Origin: a virus
Lineage: Duplodnaviria > Caudoviricetes
Direction: 5' to 3' (one strand)
Length of the DNA: 64,000 nucleotides
Virus record (IMG/VR): IMGVR_UViG_3300001528_000378
Location: 32,001 to 96,000 of that record
The notes beneath the pieces were generated by a model that was not told the DNA's origin, searched no databases, and was given only the letters and a program-made list of their open reading frames with translations. Positions 28,508 through 38,786 of this stretch are shown here, one piece after another. Both the position numbers and the translations under genes were made by a program. Position 1 is the first letter of the stretch; every line of letters starts with the position of its first letter.

Positions 28508-28712
28508 ATTTATGACTATATGTTAAAAAGGCTACTATCCATAATAAAACACAGAATAACACCCATAATAATATCATAATGACATACACAGGTAAAATTA
28601 TAGGGAGTAATATTATCATACTAGCCAAGTGCAAAAAGTCATACTGTGTCCTACTTTTAGTTAGTAGATAGTATACAATACCAATAGTCCAGCAAATAAT
28701 ACAGTATGTCAT
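28506..28712 (-). CDS. Small membrane protein
   Basis: Strongly hydrophobic 68-aa ORF. Confidence 0.55.
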   Translation of the reverse strand: MTYCIICWTIGIVYYLLTKSRTQYDFLHLASMIILLPIILPVYVIMILLWVLFCVLLWIVAFLTYSHK

Positions 28713-28993
28713 TTCTTATCCTTGTTGTATTCACTCATATGTGGGTTTTCAAAGAATAAGACATCCCCATCAGCATAAGTATCATCTGGATCTTTGAGTA
28801 CACATATAACACCCCTACCAGATAAACTTGACACAAGTAAAGACAGGTTTTTACTTGTATTCTCTATCTCATCAGCAGTCATACTATTGGTATCCTTTGT
28901 ACAAACTATAATAAAGTTACACTTTGGTAAGTTCTTAATCTTTTCTACAATTAATGCTAAGGCTTCTACAATACTATTATGATTTTCCGTCAT
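28709..28993 (-). CDS. Hypothetical protein, paralogue of the next gene
   Basis: Similar to 28993..29262. Confidence 0.6.
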   Translation of the reverse strand: MTENHNSIVEALALIVEKIKNLPKCNFIIVCTKDTNSMTADEIENTSKNLSLLVSSLSGRGVICVLKDPDDTYADGDVLFFENPHMSEYNKDKK

Positions 28994-29262
28994 TATTCCT
29001 CCATAGTTTTATACTCACTTAGATCTTTACAAAATAGGACAGTCTTATCACTATGGTATTCATCGGGCTCTGTAAGTACACAGGTAATATCTCTATCCAT
29101 TAGGGCTGATAACACCAAGGACATGAGGAATGAATCCTCACCAGTGCTTAACTTACTAGCTCCTTTTTCATAAAATACTACATAGCTACATTCGGGGTGT
29201 TTTTTGAGTTCATCTACAATTTTTTGTACTTCGGGGGATACTTTGTCAATTTTGTTTTTCAT
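28993..29262 (-). CDS. Hypothetical protein, paralogue of the previous gene
   Basis: Similar to 28709..28993. Confidence 0.6.
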   Translation of the reverse strand: MKNKIDKVSPEVQKIVDELKKHPECSYVVFYEKGASKLSTGEDSFLMSLVLSALMDRDITCVLTEPDEYHSDKTVLFCKDLSEYKTMEE

Positions 29263-29971
29263 CCTTTATTTCCTCAAACTTTATTAATTTATTTTCATCA
29301 TCTATTATATCATATTCTACATTAAAAGTCAACTCTTTTGGTTTTGCAGCAATTTCATAATCATTATCACAAATAGATACATTGTAGAAGTGTCTTTCAA
29401 CCTCTACTCTTTTTTTGTATGTATACTTATAATAACCAGGTGTATGATTATGACCAAAAAAATGATACAACTTACGAATCTTTTTAATTCTATTCAATAA
29501 GTCTTTACTACCAATATGCTGTGTTCCAGCAATATCCAAAATCCCATAGGGTGGTGTATGGGTTAATAGAATATTGGTATCTAGTGGTATATTTCCAAAT
29601 ATCCTATAAAGGTCTTTATTTGAACGCATATACCCCCACTCACCAAATCTAGGACACCATGGAGTACCATATATCTTTAAACCATAGATATTAATCTCCT
29701 TATCCACTAATAATAGAGCACCTACGTCTAAAAGCATTTTTTTAGCCAAGTCTTCATACTTATAGCAAAACATATCATGGTTGCCTGGAACTATTAACTT
29801 ATACCGAGCATCACACTTTGAAAGCCACTTACATAGCCTAGTATGCTCAGATAAAGTACCAGAACCAGACCAATCACCACAATAGCACAAAATATCACAC
29901 TGTATTGGTTCTATATAATCTAACTTCCAATGTGCATCTGACAATGCAACTAATTTAATTTTTTTATTCAT
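29246..29971 (-). CDS. Calcineurin-like metallophosphoesterase
   Basis: SDAH, CGD, PGNHD, THTPP, FGHNH. Confidence 0.88.
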   Translation of the reverse strand: MNKKIKLVALSDAHWKLDYIEPIQCDILCYCGDWSGSGTLSEHTRLCKWLSKCDARYKLIVPGNHDMFCYKYEDLAKKMLLDVGALLLVDKEINIYGLKIYGTPWCPRFGEWGYMRSNKDLYRIFGNIPLDTNILLTHTPPYGILDIAGTQHIGSKDLLNRIKKIRKLYHFFGHNHTPGYYKYTYKKRVEVERHFYNVSICDNDYEIAAKPKELTFNVEYDIIDDENKLIKFEEIKDEKQN

Positions 29972-30635
29972 AGGCTTTAATACTCAATACTCTGGAATCT
30001 TCCTCACAAAAGGATTTAACAGATACTCTAAATGTACCATCTTTCATTGTATCATATCTGTTAAATGGTTTGTTATTTTTATTATTAAATATTGCTCCAC
30101 AGGTCCATACAAACACATTTTTTCCATTTGTGTCCTGAAATGCCACCTTACTTCTATTATCTTTTTGATTTCCCTCCGCGCCATAAAATCTATGAAGTAA
30201 ATCTACTTTAGGAGATAATTTACCAGTCATTATCATACTTCCACCTAAAAAATAACAACTGTCAGCCAAACATAATGACTTATCTATAAACTTACTCAAT
30301 AATGAATATGGGGGATTTCCAATAAAGAAATACTTTTTATTATAATTGTAGTAACCATTATTAAAGAAATCTACTTTCATAACATTACCTGATAATGGGG
30401 TTATATCGGACGATAAACACTCTATACCATTTTGATTAATAATCTTACCCCACCTACCATCACCTGCACAAGGATCTACCCATACAAGGTCTTTTAAGTA
30501 AGGTCTATTGTCTAATAAACTCTTAACAATTCTATCAATAATATAATAGGGTGTTTTGTATAGTTCCCTGCCCTCACCTCTGGTGTGAGTACTCCTCTTA
30601 AAGAAAGTTAATGACTGCTCATATGTTCTTTTCAT
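29964..30635 (-). CDS. Small amino (probably N6-adenine) DNA methyltransferase
   Basis: YKTP, motif I DPCAGDG, motif IV GNPPY. Confidence 0.7.
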   Translation of the reverse strand: MKRTYEQSLTFFKRSTHTRGEGRELYKTPYYIIDRIVKSLLDNRPYLKDLVWVDPCAGDGRWGKIINQNGIECLSSDITPLSGNVMKVDFFNNGYYNYNKKYFFIGNPPYSLLSKFIDKSLCLADSCYFLGGSMIMTGKLSPKVDLLHRFYGAEGNQKDNRSKVAFQDTNGKNVFVWTCGAIFNNKNNKPFNRYDTMKDGTFRVSVKSFCEEDSRVLSIKAYE

Positions 30636-31927
30636 ACATTTCTTCCATTATCATAGATATATTTAATTGTTGGAAATCTTAATGATAAGTTCCCATCTTT
30701 ATCTGTTGTTTCTTCAAAATATTGTACAGTTATTGTTTTACCAATAATATGTTCTGGATGGTCTGCAAAATCAATTCTTTGTTGTTGCGTTAAACCAGAA
30801 CCAACATTTACGATATAACCTTTATGTTCTATAACTAAAGACTGTACACACTTAATTCTCTGTGCTTTACCCTCAACTAGAATAGTAGCATTACCGTCTA
30901 AAACAACATCTTTGACTACATATTCGGCATCAGAAAAGTTTTTGTATTTAAGAAGGTTTCTACTGCGTTTACCCTCATAAGGAACATCTTTACGCGCAAT
31001 TAAACCTTCCCAGCCAGTATTTAATACCTTCTTCTGCCAAGTAGCAAATACTTCAGGAGTATAATAAGCATACTCGATTAGTTTAATGTGTGGTGATTTA
31101 ATCGCTTCCACAAAAGTTTTTAGTTTACTAAGTCTTGGCTTATAGGTTTCTGTGCTATAGCCTTTATTGAAGTCTTCCAAGTCTAACAAATCAAATACAC
31201 AATAAGACGGATTGTTAATTGTGTGGTCTTTTCGCGTAATCTCTTTCATAATTCCTTGGAAGTCCTCATTACCATTATCATCAATGATACATACCTCTCC
31301 GTCTAATACTTTATTTTTATACTCTGGATTTAATTCAACAAAATCTTCCAATTCTTTCTTTAATACATCTAATGTGTGAAACTCTTTTCCTTTACGAGAA
31401 TAGAATTTAACTTTACCATTGGAGTCAATTAAACAAAGATTTCTCGTTCCGTCGCGCTTCCGCTCAATAATCCAGTTCTCATCCGGCATAGTACCATTAT
31501 TTGGTGCAGCAAGTGCTACATTAAACTCAGGGAAGAACCCAGGAACTGCTTTATTAATAGACTTTGCAGTCATACCAATATGCAAGTCCTTGTCAATTAC
31601 ATCATAAATGAGTTGTTCATAATTATGGTTGTTATTTACAAAGCAGCAAGCAATAGCCAGAGCACTATTACCACTATATTGTACAGATAAGTCTTTTAAT
31701 AGTTCAATAATATCACCATTGTAATCCTTGCTAGTCCTATATACCTTCAAGTTCTTTTTTATTTTATCTGAAGTTATATGAAACAAAACGTCTTTATCAT
31801 AGATAAGATTCCAAAGTTCTTTATTGATATATCCAGAATCATATAATTCTTTGAACTTACTAATCTTATATGTGCCACTGTTATTAGCATTTAACTGCTG
31901 TACACAATATAAAAGTTTACTTAACAT
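30632..31927 (-). CDS. ATP-dependent DNA ligase
   Basis: KRDGTR, LDGEV, FDLL, EGLIAR, LLKYK, OB-domain VGSG and LRFP. Confidence 0.93.
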   Translation of the reverse strand: MLSKLLYCVQQLNANNSGTYKISKFKELYDSGYINKELWNLIYDKDVLFHITSDKIKKNLKVYRTSKDYNGDIIELLKDLSVQYSGNSALAIACCFVNNNHNYEQLIYDVIDKDLHIGMTAKSINKAVPGFFPEFNVALAAPNNGTMPDENWIIERKRDGTRNLCLIDSNGKVKFYSRKGKEFHTLDVLKKELEDFVELNPEYKNKVLDGEVCIIDDNGNEDFQGIMKEITRKDHTINNPSYCVFDLLDLEDFNKGYSTETYKPRLSKLKTFVEAIKSPHIKLIEYAYYTPEVFATWQKKVLNTGWEGLIARKDVPYEGKRSRNLLKYKNFSDAEYVVKDVVLDGNATILVEGKAQRIKCVQSLVIEHKGYIVNVGSGLTQQQRIDFADHPEHIIGKTITVQYFEETTDKDGNLSLRFPTIKYIYDNGRNV

Positions 31928-32627
31928 TCAACGCCTCACTTTTTACAGGATTTCTACCACAACTTCTTTTCTTTGATTCAGGACAATACCCAAGCATTTC
32001 ACATTTTGGAACCAAATATGGTTTTAAGAAAGGAAGTTTATCCACTACCTGCTTACACATCTCGTTTACTAGATTCCTAATTTCCCACTGTGCAAGGCTA
32101 CAGATTCTTTCTTGGGCAATATGAATAAGTTGGCGCAAGTTAACAGACATTGTAATACTTGAACAAGTTGCTTCCGGAAGCACATACCTAGCGTCCTCAG
32201 CTGGTACACCTGCTTCAATGAGTTTATTATAGGTATCTTTTGCAAATTCCATAAATGAATTATAGATACTACTAATGTTTTCAGACTTATTCACAGTGCT
32301 AGGCGTTACATAGCTAAATTTGTCCTCTTTCTTTAACTTGCAATATCTTTGGCTCATCATAGAAAAGTTATTGAGTCTATGCCTAATAAGTTGCATAGAC
32401 ATACAGCGACTAACATCAGATATATAGAATGTAAAACTAATATGTTCTAGTACAGACTCGTGATGACTATTTAATACATGTCTAATCAGCTTAAGCATTT
32501 CTTCATCTGTTTTATTCAACGATTCCTTAAAAATAATATCTGGGTTCTCATTGGAATAACAAGTTCGTGCAGCCGTATAAATCCTATTAATTGGATGATC
32601 AATTAAGTTTGATAATACTACTTTCAT
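31917..32627 (-). CDS. thyX: Flavin-dependent thymidylate synthase
   Basis: HESVLEH, QLIRHR...SQRY, EDARYVLP, AQWEIR. Confidence 0.95.
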   Translation of the reverse strand: MKVVLSNLIDHPINRIYTAARTCYSNENPDIIFKESLNKTDEEMLKLIRHVLNSHHESVLEHISFTFYISDVSRCMSMQLIRHRLNNFSMMSQRYCKLKKEDKFSYVTPSTVNKSENISSIYNSFMEFAKDTYNKLIEAGVPAEDARYVLPEATCSSITMSVNLRQLIHIAQERICSLAQWEIRNLVNEMCKQVVDKLPFLKPYLVPKCEMLGYCPESKKRSCGRNPVKSEALNVK

Positions 32628-32927
32628 CTATTTATCCTCACTATTAATTAAATTCTGTAATGGGTACTTATCATAAGGGAACTTTGGGTCAAAATCCAAT
32701 TCTGCTGTAAAGTTCCATCTATCTTTAACACCAGTAGTTTTTACTTTGCAAAAAACAGTTACTCTTTGGTTCAAGTTTTTAAGTATACCTCTTTCAATAT
32801 TTCTAAGAGTAGATTCTGGGATATCAAAAGATGAGGTTATGGTTACTACATTACCATACCTATTGCGCCCCACTAAGGTTGTACAACCATTTGTTAGGGC
32901 CTCTACAAACTTTTTTGTATTATTCAT
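32628..32927 (-). CDS. Hypothetical protein
   Basis: ORF packed in the operon. Confidence 0.55.
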   Translation of the reverse strand: MNNTKKFVEALTNGCTTLVGRNRYGNVVTITSSFDIPESTLRNIERGILKNLNQRVTVFCKVKTTGVKDRWNFTAELDFDPKFPYDKYPLQNLINSEDK

Positions 32928-35061
32928 TATTTCTATTCTCCCATTCTTTTCTAAAATCAATTAGAGACATATCACTATAATAGTTATCAAAAGCATATCT
33001 TAAAATTGATTTCATTTTATCGTCATCTTTTAGGTTATTAATATCCTCAATATTTAACTTATTATTAATAATCTTTTCAAGATATGAGCGAACTTTCTTC
33101 CAGAATTTATAATAGGGAAGTTTAATTTTTAACATCCTATTGTTTCTGTCTCTGATAACATATCCTTCAATCATATAATCATTATCTTTTAATTGCCATA
33201 GTACATGATCAATATCGTGGTCACATTCTATACAATACATATATTTTCTACAAATTACAAATTTACTAGTTACTTCACACAATTCATTATAAGAATATGG
33301 TTTAAACTCAAATTCATTTCTGATAATGTCTAATAGGCATACTTGTTTTTCTTCATACTCAATAATATGACTATCATGTTCTGGATCAATAACTTCAAAC
33401 ACAAATGTAACATTATTATCTTTTAAGTATTGTTTTAGCTCATTAGTTAAATAATGTTTATCTTCAAGAATTTGTTTGAACCAATCTTTATAATCACCAT
33501 AATCAACGGACTTGGTAGCAATAAAGAAGTCATCAGTTTTAGGATTATAAGACAACAACCCAAGATACCCATTTTCTTTATAACTGATGTCAAATGGCGG
33601 TTCAAATTTTTGTAATTGCTCCTTCGTTAACTGGTCTTCATTAAAAAATTTGTCATAACTACGTGCTACAATCTTGCCAGTTTCGCTATCAATGAATAGA
33701 CCTCTTGCTTTACAAGTTAATTCGTCCCATTTCTGTTTATAAAAGGCTTCTCTGGTAAAGTTATAGGACACAATACCATTATCAAGATATTTCTTTTTAA
33801 CTAGGTCGCTATTATTTAATTGTTCAATAATCTGTTTTTCGTCTTTCGTATCATTTTTAGGTTCGTTAAACTGCTCAACTCTCGTTTCTTTACCATTAGA
33901 AATTAATACATTTAATGGCTCATTGTACTCAACCTCAGAGTTTAAAGCATAAAAAGTTTCGCCAAATTTAATTTTAGATGCTTTTCTATGTCCACAAACT
34001 TGGATACTACCATTGTTGTCATTAACATACTTGTTAGCCACATAATCGATATCTTCATATTCTCCAACACCTTTAATATAGTTGTTGGCAGAGTGGAACA
34101 AACTAAGTTCATAGTAAGGGATTCCAGCATGATTAATGCAAAAATATTGATTATCTACACTAACAATAAAGTTGGTTTTTAGTTTACTTAAAAACAATTT
34201 AATTTTGTCCTTTGAGATATCCTTAATTTGTTCGTATGTTTTACCTTTAAATTCTTTGGATCTAACGCTGTCTAGACCAAAATAAACATAATCTCTTAAA
34301 TGTCTTTCATGGTTACCTTCACAAAAGTGAAAGTTACTTCTGTCACAGTTATAGATTAGCCATTCAAGTGTTTCTTTGTTGTAACAACCTCTGTCAAGAT
34401 AGTCGCCTACAAAGAAATAATCTGTATGCTCATTATAGGGGTGTTTTTTAAAGTATTCGCCTACTTTATCAATTCTACCATGAATATCAGAAAATATAAC
34501 AATATTTTTTGCAGTAATAAGATTTAAACCATCAATTCCAATATCATGCCAAATATTATCACCATAATTTCCTTTTACTCTATAGTAATCAATATAGTTT
34601 TCACCAAAGGTGTCAATGAACCATTGTTTGGAATTTTCTAAATTTTCACACATTCCTTTAATAACTTCCTCAGAAACAATTTTATAGGAATCTCTTTCTC
34701 TATTTTGTTCAAGTAATTTATCATAAGAAATAGACGAAAAGTCAACACAAACCGCTCTATATTGATAAACCTTAGCCAATTCTAGAAATTTAGTTACAGA
34801 TGACTGCTTGGTATTTGTAGCATCAATAATGGTAGTATCACCATTTTGCATACGGATTTCAAGCAATTTATAAAGAAGTTCAAATACTCTCTTATTAAAT
34901 CTTTGCGTAATATAGCTATTCCCATCCTTATCCATATATATAGATGAGAACATAAGTCTAATTTTATCTGTAGAAAGAGTTAAATCCTCTAATCCATTAT
35001 CTTTAATAAAAGTAGTCTTGCCAGAACCAGGGGCTCCATGAAGAATAACTAATAATTTCAT
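32920..35061 (-). CDS. Pnkp-like RNA repair enzyme: kinase + phosphoesterase + Rnl1-type ligase
   Basis: GAPGSGKT/DATN; DIHG/GDYLDRG/GNHE; KENG/FE/EGYV/KIK. Start ATG 35061 after GGAGG. Confidence 0.88.
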   Translation of the reverse strand: MKLLVILHGAPGSGKTTFIKDNGLEDLTLSTDKIRLMFSSIYMDKDGNSYITQRFNKRVFELLYKLLEIRMQNGDTTIIDATNTKQSSVTKFLELAKVYQYRAVCVDFSSISYDKLLEQNRERDSYKIVSEEVIKGMCENLENSKQWFIDTFGENYIDYYRVKGNYGDNIWHDIGIDGLNLITAKNIVIFSDIHGRIDKVGEYFKKHPYNEHTDYFFVGDYLDRGCYNKETLEWLIYNCDRSNFHFCEGNHERHLRDYVYFGLDSVRSKEFKGKTYEQIKDISKDKIKLFLSKLKTNFIVSVDNQYFCINHAGIPYYELSLFHSANNYIKGVGEYEDIDYVANKYVNDNNGSIQVCGHRKASKIKFGETFYALNSEVEYNEPLNVLISNGKETRVEQFNEPKNDTKDEKQIIEQLNNSDLVKKKYLDNGIVSYNFTREAFYKQKWDELTCKARGLFIDSETGKIVARSYDKFFNEDQLTKEQLQKFEPPFDISYKENGYLGLLSYNPKTDDFFIATKSVDYGDYKDWFKQILEDKHYLTNELKQYLKDNNVTFVFEVIDPEHDSHIIEYEEKQVCLLDIIRNEFEFKPYSYNELCEVTSKFVICRKYMYCIECDHDIDHVLWQLKDNDYMIEGYVIRDRNNRMLKIKLPYYKFWKKVRSYLEKIINNKLNIEDINNLKDDDKMKSILRYAFDNYYSDMSLIDFRKEWENRNNE

Positions 35062-35072
35062 TTTAAACCCTC

Positions 35073-35246
35073 CTATACTCTTGATGTCAAATGATAACCT
35101 AAACATTCTTGACAAAAATAGATTCTCAAATTTACTTTGCGCTTCTTATGGATTCTATTAATAGCTTCTTGCGCAAGTTGTTCAGTTTTATAACGTTTCT
35201 TTTTTAAACAAGAAGAAACTAAACTCTTTAATTGTTCCTCAGACAT
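35073..35246 (-). CDS. 57-aa zinc-finger protein, absent from the ORF track
   Basis: MSEEQLKSLVSSCLKKKRYKTEQLAQEAINRIHKKRKVNLRIYFCQECLGYHLTSRV with GGAGG RBS; paralogue at 54333..54512. Confidence 0.75.
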   Translation of the reverse strand: MSEEQLKSLVSSCLKKKRYKTEQLAQEAINRIHKKRKVNLRIYFCQECLGYHLTSRV

Positions 35247-35530
35247 TATTTTACCTCCTCAAACGTATCTTTATCAAGCATATCAACTTCAATTTCTCTA
35301 TAGAATACTTTCGTAGAATTATCAAGAACACTTTTGATATAGTCTGCAAATTCTTTTATAGCTGTATTAGTATTTTCTACTTCACATTCTTTTCGCTTTC
35401 TACATTTTACTTTGATTGTACCCTTATAGTCAGAAATATAACCTAAATATACGTTGTCCCATAAAACTGTAATAACTGAATAATCTTCATAATACTTTCT
35501 AATTCCGAGTAAATATGCTCTATTATTCAT
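35246..35530 (-). CDS. Hypothetical protein
   Basis: AGGAGG RBS. Confidence 0.65.
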   Translation of the reverse strand: MNNRAYLLGIRKYYEDYSVITVLWDNVYLGYISDYKGTIKVKCRKRKECEVENTNTAIKEFADYIKSVLDNSTKVFYREIEVDMLDKDTFEEVK

Positions 35531-35546
35531 AATTATACCTCCTAAG

Positions 35547-35705
35547 TTACCAAACTTTAAACATATAAGGATTACATTTTGTCAACTCTAGTTGTCTAAA
35601 TCTCATTTCTGCTTCTATCTTATCTTCAAAATCTTCAGTGCCAATATCACTTTTAATTCTATACAAATGTTCCCACTCTAACTTATTAACTTTTTTTAAT
35701 TCCAT
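35547..35705 (-). CDS. 52-aa hypothetical protein, absent from the ORF track
   Basis: GGAGGAG RBS directly downstream of the promoter at 35737-35765. Confidence 0.6.
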   Translation of the reverse strand: MELKKVNKLEWEHLYRIKSDIGTEDFEDKIEAEMRFRQLELTKCNPYMFKVW

Positions 35706-35736
35706 ATACTCCTCCACTAGTATTTTCTATGAGTAT

Positions 35737-35765
35737 ATTATAGCATATAATTATTTATTTGTCAA
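35737..35765 (-). promoter_or_regulatory. sigma70-type promoter, conserved-spacer class
   Basis: TTGACA-AATAAATAATTATATGC-TATAAT. Confidence 0.8.
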
Positions 35766-35773
35766 CAGAAATA

Positions 35774-35800
35774 ATAAAGGGCAGGTATTATCCTGCCCTT
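35774..35800 (-). terminator. Rho-independent terminator
   Basis: AAGGGCAGG/CCTGCCCTT stem followed by a T-rich tail on the - strand. Confidence 0.65.
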
Positions 35801-35824
35801 CGGAGTTATATGCTTGGGAGTAAC

Positions 35825-36082
35825 TTACAAAGAGTAAGTTACGAAAGTCTTACCTTTAATCGATTTGGTAGTGGATTCAATTTTCATACCACGATTGCGG
35901 AGTTTATTCACCGCACTAGATACAGAAGTAATGCCCATAGACACAGCCTTGGTGCGGGTAATTTTACCATGTTTGGTAAGGTAGTTAGACAACTTTTCGA
36001 TCTGGGTCAACGGTTTTTTAGTGGTTTTCACAGATTTAGTAGATTTTACTTCTTTTTTGGATTTTACAATTTTCTTGGTCAT
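35825..36082 (-). CDS. Small basic winged-helix/HTH protein
   Basis: LSNYLTKHGKIT...SVSSAVNKLRNRGMKIES. Confidence 0.65.
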   Translation of the reverse strand: MTKKIVKSKKEVKSTKSVKTTKKPLTQIEKLSNYLTKHGKITRTKAVSMGITSVSSAVNKLRNRGMKIESTTKSIKGKTFVTYSL

Positions 36083-36096
36083 TTCAGTTCAATTCC

Positions 36097-36627
36097 TTAA
36101 TATTTGCTAATATCACTCTTCATAAATGGGATATTAGTTATGATTTTTCCAACTCTGGTAGAACAATAAATATACTTGTTAGTTACCAGAGATATATTAC
36201 CAGTAAAGCCTTTCATTGGGCCAGAAACACACATAATATGTTCCCCTGGTGTAAATTCTTCTTCCCCAGATTCTATACTATTTTCGGCTACTTTTAACTG
36301 CTCTACTTCTTCTGGTTGTACTTCCAAAGGCTTACCATCTAATCCGTCCATAATAGAAGCGTCTATACCATACGCTTTTAAAGCCTTAATAATAGCCTTG
36401 CTGTGTTTTTCTAAATTACACAGCACAAATATATAATTGGTGAGCAGTACGGTTCTGTCTATTCTAGACGCAAAATAATCATGGTGCTTAACTTTGGACA
36501 TCGCCAATACTGCACACCCTTTGGGAATAATAGACGACACTCTTTTGTAATAAATATGAAAACTATCTGAGGTATTAAGTTCCAGAATATACCATTTGAG
36601 TTCGTCTTGGTGCATTATTCTCTCCAA
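36097..36627 (-). CDS. NusG/RfaH/UpxY-like transcription elongation factor
   Basis: N-terminal WYIL...NYIFV (NGN-like) and C-terminal KOW FTPGEHIMCVSGPMKGFTG. Confidence 0.75.
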   Translation of the reverse strand: MERIMHQDELKWYILELNTSDSFHIYYKRVSSIIPKGCAVLAMSKVKHHDYFASRIDRTVLLTNYIFVLCNLEKHSKAIIKALKAYGIDASIMDGLDGKPLEVQPEEVEQLKVAENSIESGEEEFTPGEHIMCVSGPMKGFTGNISLVTNKYIYCSTRVGKIITNIPFMKSDISKY

Positions 36628-36693
36628 ATTAAGTTTACTGTGTAGTTGCTATTTTTAGAATAGGAGTATGTAAAACCCTCCTTAGTAACAACA

Positions 36694-37335
36694 TCAAAAG
36701 ATGATATTGCCATATTTAGGTTTGCACACTTTACCAGAAACAGCACTACCCTCACCCAACTGCATACAAATGATATCACCCTCTTGTACATAGTCAAGAC
36801 CACAACCAAAAGGAAGTGCATATTTTTCTTTTACATTAGGTTCAATGTTTTTCCCCATTAAACGTTTAAATGCTACTTGGGCACCCTCTTTAAAATCAAA
36901 TGTATCATCGGTGTGGCATTTGGAAGTTTTAATATCTTTAACTACCCCATCAACCTTATAAGAAGCAATGGTGTCTTTCACTCCGTCAGATTCGATGACG
37001 ATTTGGTATTTAACAGGCTTTTTTTCAGCCTCTTTTTTGGAATTACAGGAATTGCACCCACAGCACTTTTTATTTTCTTTATTGGTGAGAATATCCTTAA
37101 TAGGATTTAGAACACAACTTCGGCTATCAAGAGTATCGGAAACTACATACTTTTCGTGAGTATCTTCATCTTCAAGAATATCTCCAGGTCTCACACAGTA
37201 AGCGTCCTTAAAAATAAAACTTTTACCAGTTTTTTCTTCTTTAAGCTTACCAGTAGCATTATCATACAATTCGTAATGTCTAATGCTATATCCACAACAA
37301 TCTAATTTTTTACCAGTTAATTTATTAATAAACAT
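36694..37335 (-). CDS. Hypothetical protein
   Basis: GAGGA RBS and its own promoter. Confidence 0.65.
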   Translation of the reverse strand: MFINKLTGKKLDCCGYSIRHYELYDNATGKLKEEKTGKSFIFKDAYCVRPGDILEDEDTHEKYVVSDTLDSRSCVLNPIKDILTNKENKKCCGCNSCNSKKEAEKKPVKYQIVIESDGVKDTIASYKVDGVVKDIKTSKCHTDDTFDFKEGAQVAFKRLMGKNIEPNVKEKYALPFGCGLDYVQEGDIICMQLGEGSAVSGKVCKPKYGNIIF

Positions 37336-37356
37336 ATTATCCTCTTTACTACATAT

Positions 37357-37385
37357 ATTATAACATATAATTATTTATTTGTCAA
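37357..37385 (-). promoter_or_regulatory. sigma70-type promoter, conserved-spacer class
   Basis: TTGACA-AATAAATAATTATATGT-TATAAT. Confidence 0.8.
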
Positions 37386-37388
37386 GGG

Positions 37389-37703
37389 CTATTTTAATAA
37401 ACTCTCAACCCATTCTTGTAAGAAATCAATAGACATAGGACCAGCCTTTCTACCTAATTCTTTACCATCTTTAAATACAATAGTAGTGGGAGTTTGCAAG
37501 ATTTTATAATCCTCAACTAAATTTTCACACTCAGTAATATCAGCCATACCTACCATAACTTTATCTGCTAATCTATCAGATAATACATTAAATACTTGCT
37601 TCATAAGCTGGCACGGACCACACCAAGGAGACATAAATTCCACCACATAAACCTTACCATCAATATCTTTTTTAAATGTACTTCCATTAATTTTGTTCAC
37701 CAT
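37389..37703 (-). CDS. trxA: Thioredoxin
   Basis: WCGPC active site, 104 aa. Confidence 0.92.
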   Translation of the reverse strand: MVNKINGSTFKKDIDGKVYVVEFMSPWCGPCQLMKQVFNVLSDRLADKVMVGMADITECENLVEDYKILQTPTTIVFKDGKELGRKAGPMSIDFLQEWVESLLK

Positions 37704-38272
37704 AACTAAAAGCTTCTCCTAGTTTTTTAATAAAATATTTATACGAACAGTCTAATCTAAATACCTTTACTTCATTTCCATACTGATAGTGTAGCTCTAC
37801 ATAGTTATACTTTTCAATAACATCTCTACCTCTACACCAACCAATAATCTTATGTACTTCAAATGTAAATTTTTCTTTGTTTGCACTCAAAATAGGTAGT
37901 TCTACAAATAGCATCTTACACATTAGGCTATTCCTCCCAATCAAAGTAGCCTCTGGCATACTCAACTTTTTTAGTTAATTCGTTAACTAAATCCTCAGAC
38001 GATGGATTTTTACTTTCTTTGAACTGAACCAATGCAATATTAATATCTTTAATGGTATCAACTAACTTATCAAAATTATAGTAGTTCATATCAACCTGAC
38101 TTTGTAAGTTTTCAATTTCTTCATCACACTGGTTTAATTCTTCCTTTAACTTATCAATATAGTCTGTATTGTCTTTACTATTAAGCATCTCTGCAATCTT
38201 ACCAAGAGCGTTCCAGTCTAAGTCTTTGAACTCGTCTACATCTCTTTTAAGAATATAATCTGTATATTTCAT
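37687..38272 (-). CDS. Two hypothetical proteins (37687..37965 and 37928..38272, the latter coiled-coil)
   Basis: Operon packing only. Confidence 0.55.
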
Positions 38273-38273
38273 A

Positions 38274-38786
38274 TTATTTGTGGTCTGAAGAACCAAAACC
38301 ACACTCCCCACGGTCTGTATTAATGTCTACTTTTCCCTCTTCAATGTCTACTTCTGGTACGGGAAGTAGCATAGCCTGAATTAATTTTTCACCCGGAAAT
38401 AAGTATTGTGTTTCATTAGATACATTGGTAAGGTTCAAATATAACTGCCCAGAGTATCCAGAATCTACAATACAGGCACCTCTAAACAAATGTTTCTTGC
38501 TTGCCATACCACTTCTATTAAAGAATACCAAAGCATAACCTTTATTAAAGGCCAACCGTACACCCATTGGAATTAATACAGATTCGTGTGGTTCAATGTA
38601 TAAAGCCAATGTTTTAATGGTTTCGTCATTCACTACTTTATCAGCCAACGATACTTTAATACCTTTTCCACCTGCTAGTACATATTCCAAACTTTCCGGC
38701 ATATAGAAATCAATACCAGCGTCAGTTTTATGTGCTTTACAAGGCATTCTCACATCAGTTAGTTTTTCAACAGTTAAATTAATCAT
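38274..38786 (-). CDS. dut: Trimeric dUTPase
   Basis: AGIDF, NRSG, VDSGYSG, Q, RGECGFGSS. Confidence 0.93.
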   Translation of the reverse strand: MINLTVEKLTDVRMPCKAHKTDAGIDFYMPESLEYVLAGGKGIKVSLADKVVNDETIKTLALYIEPHESVLIPMGVRLAFNKGYALVFFNRSGMASKKHLFRGACIVDSGYSGQLYLNLTNVSNETQYLFPGEKLIQAMLLPVPEVDIEEGKVDINTDRGECGFGSSDHK

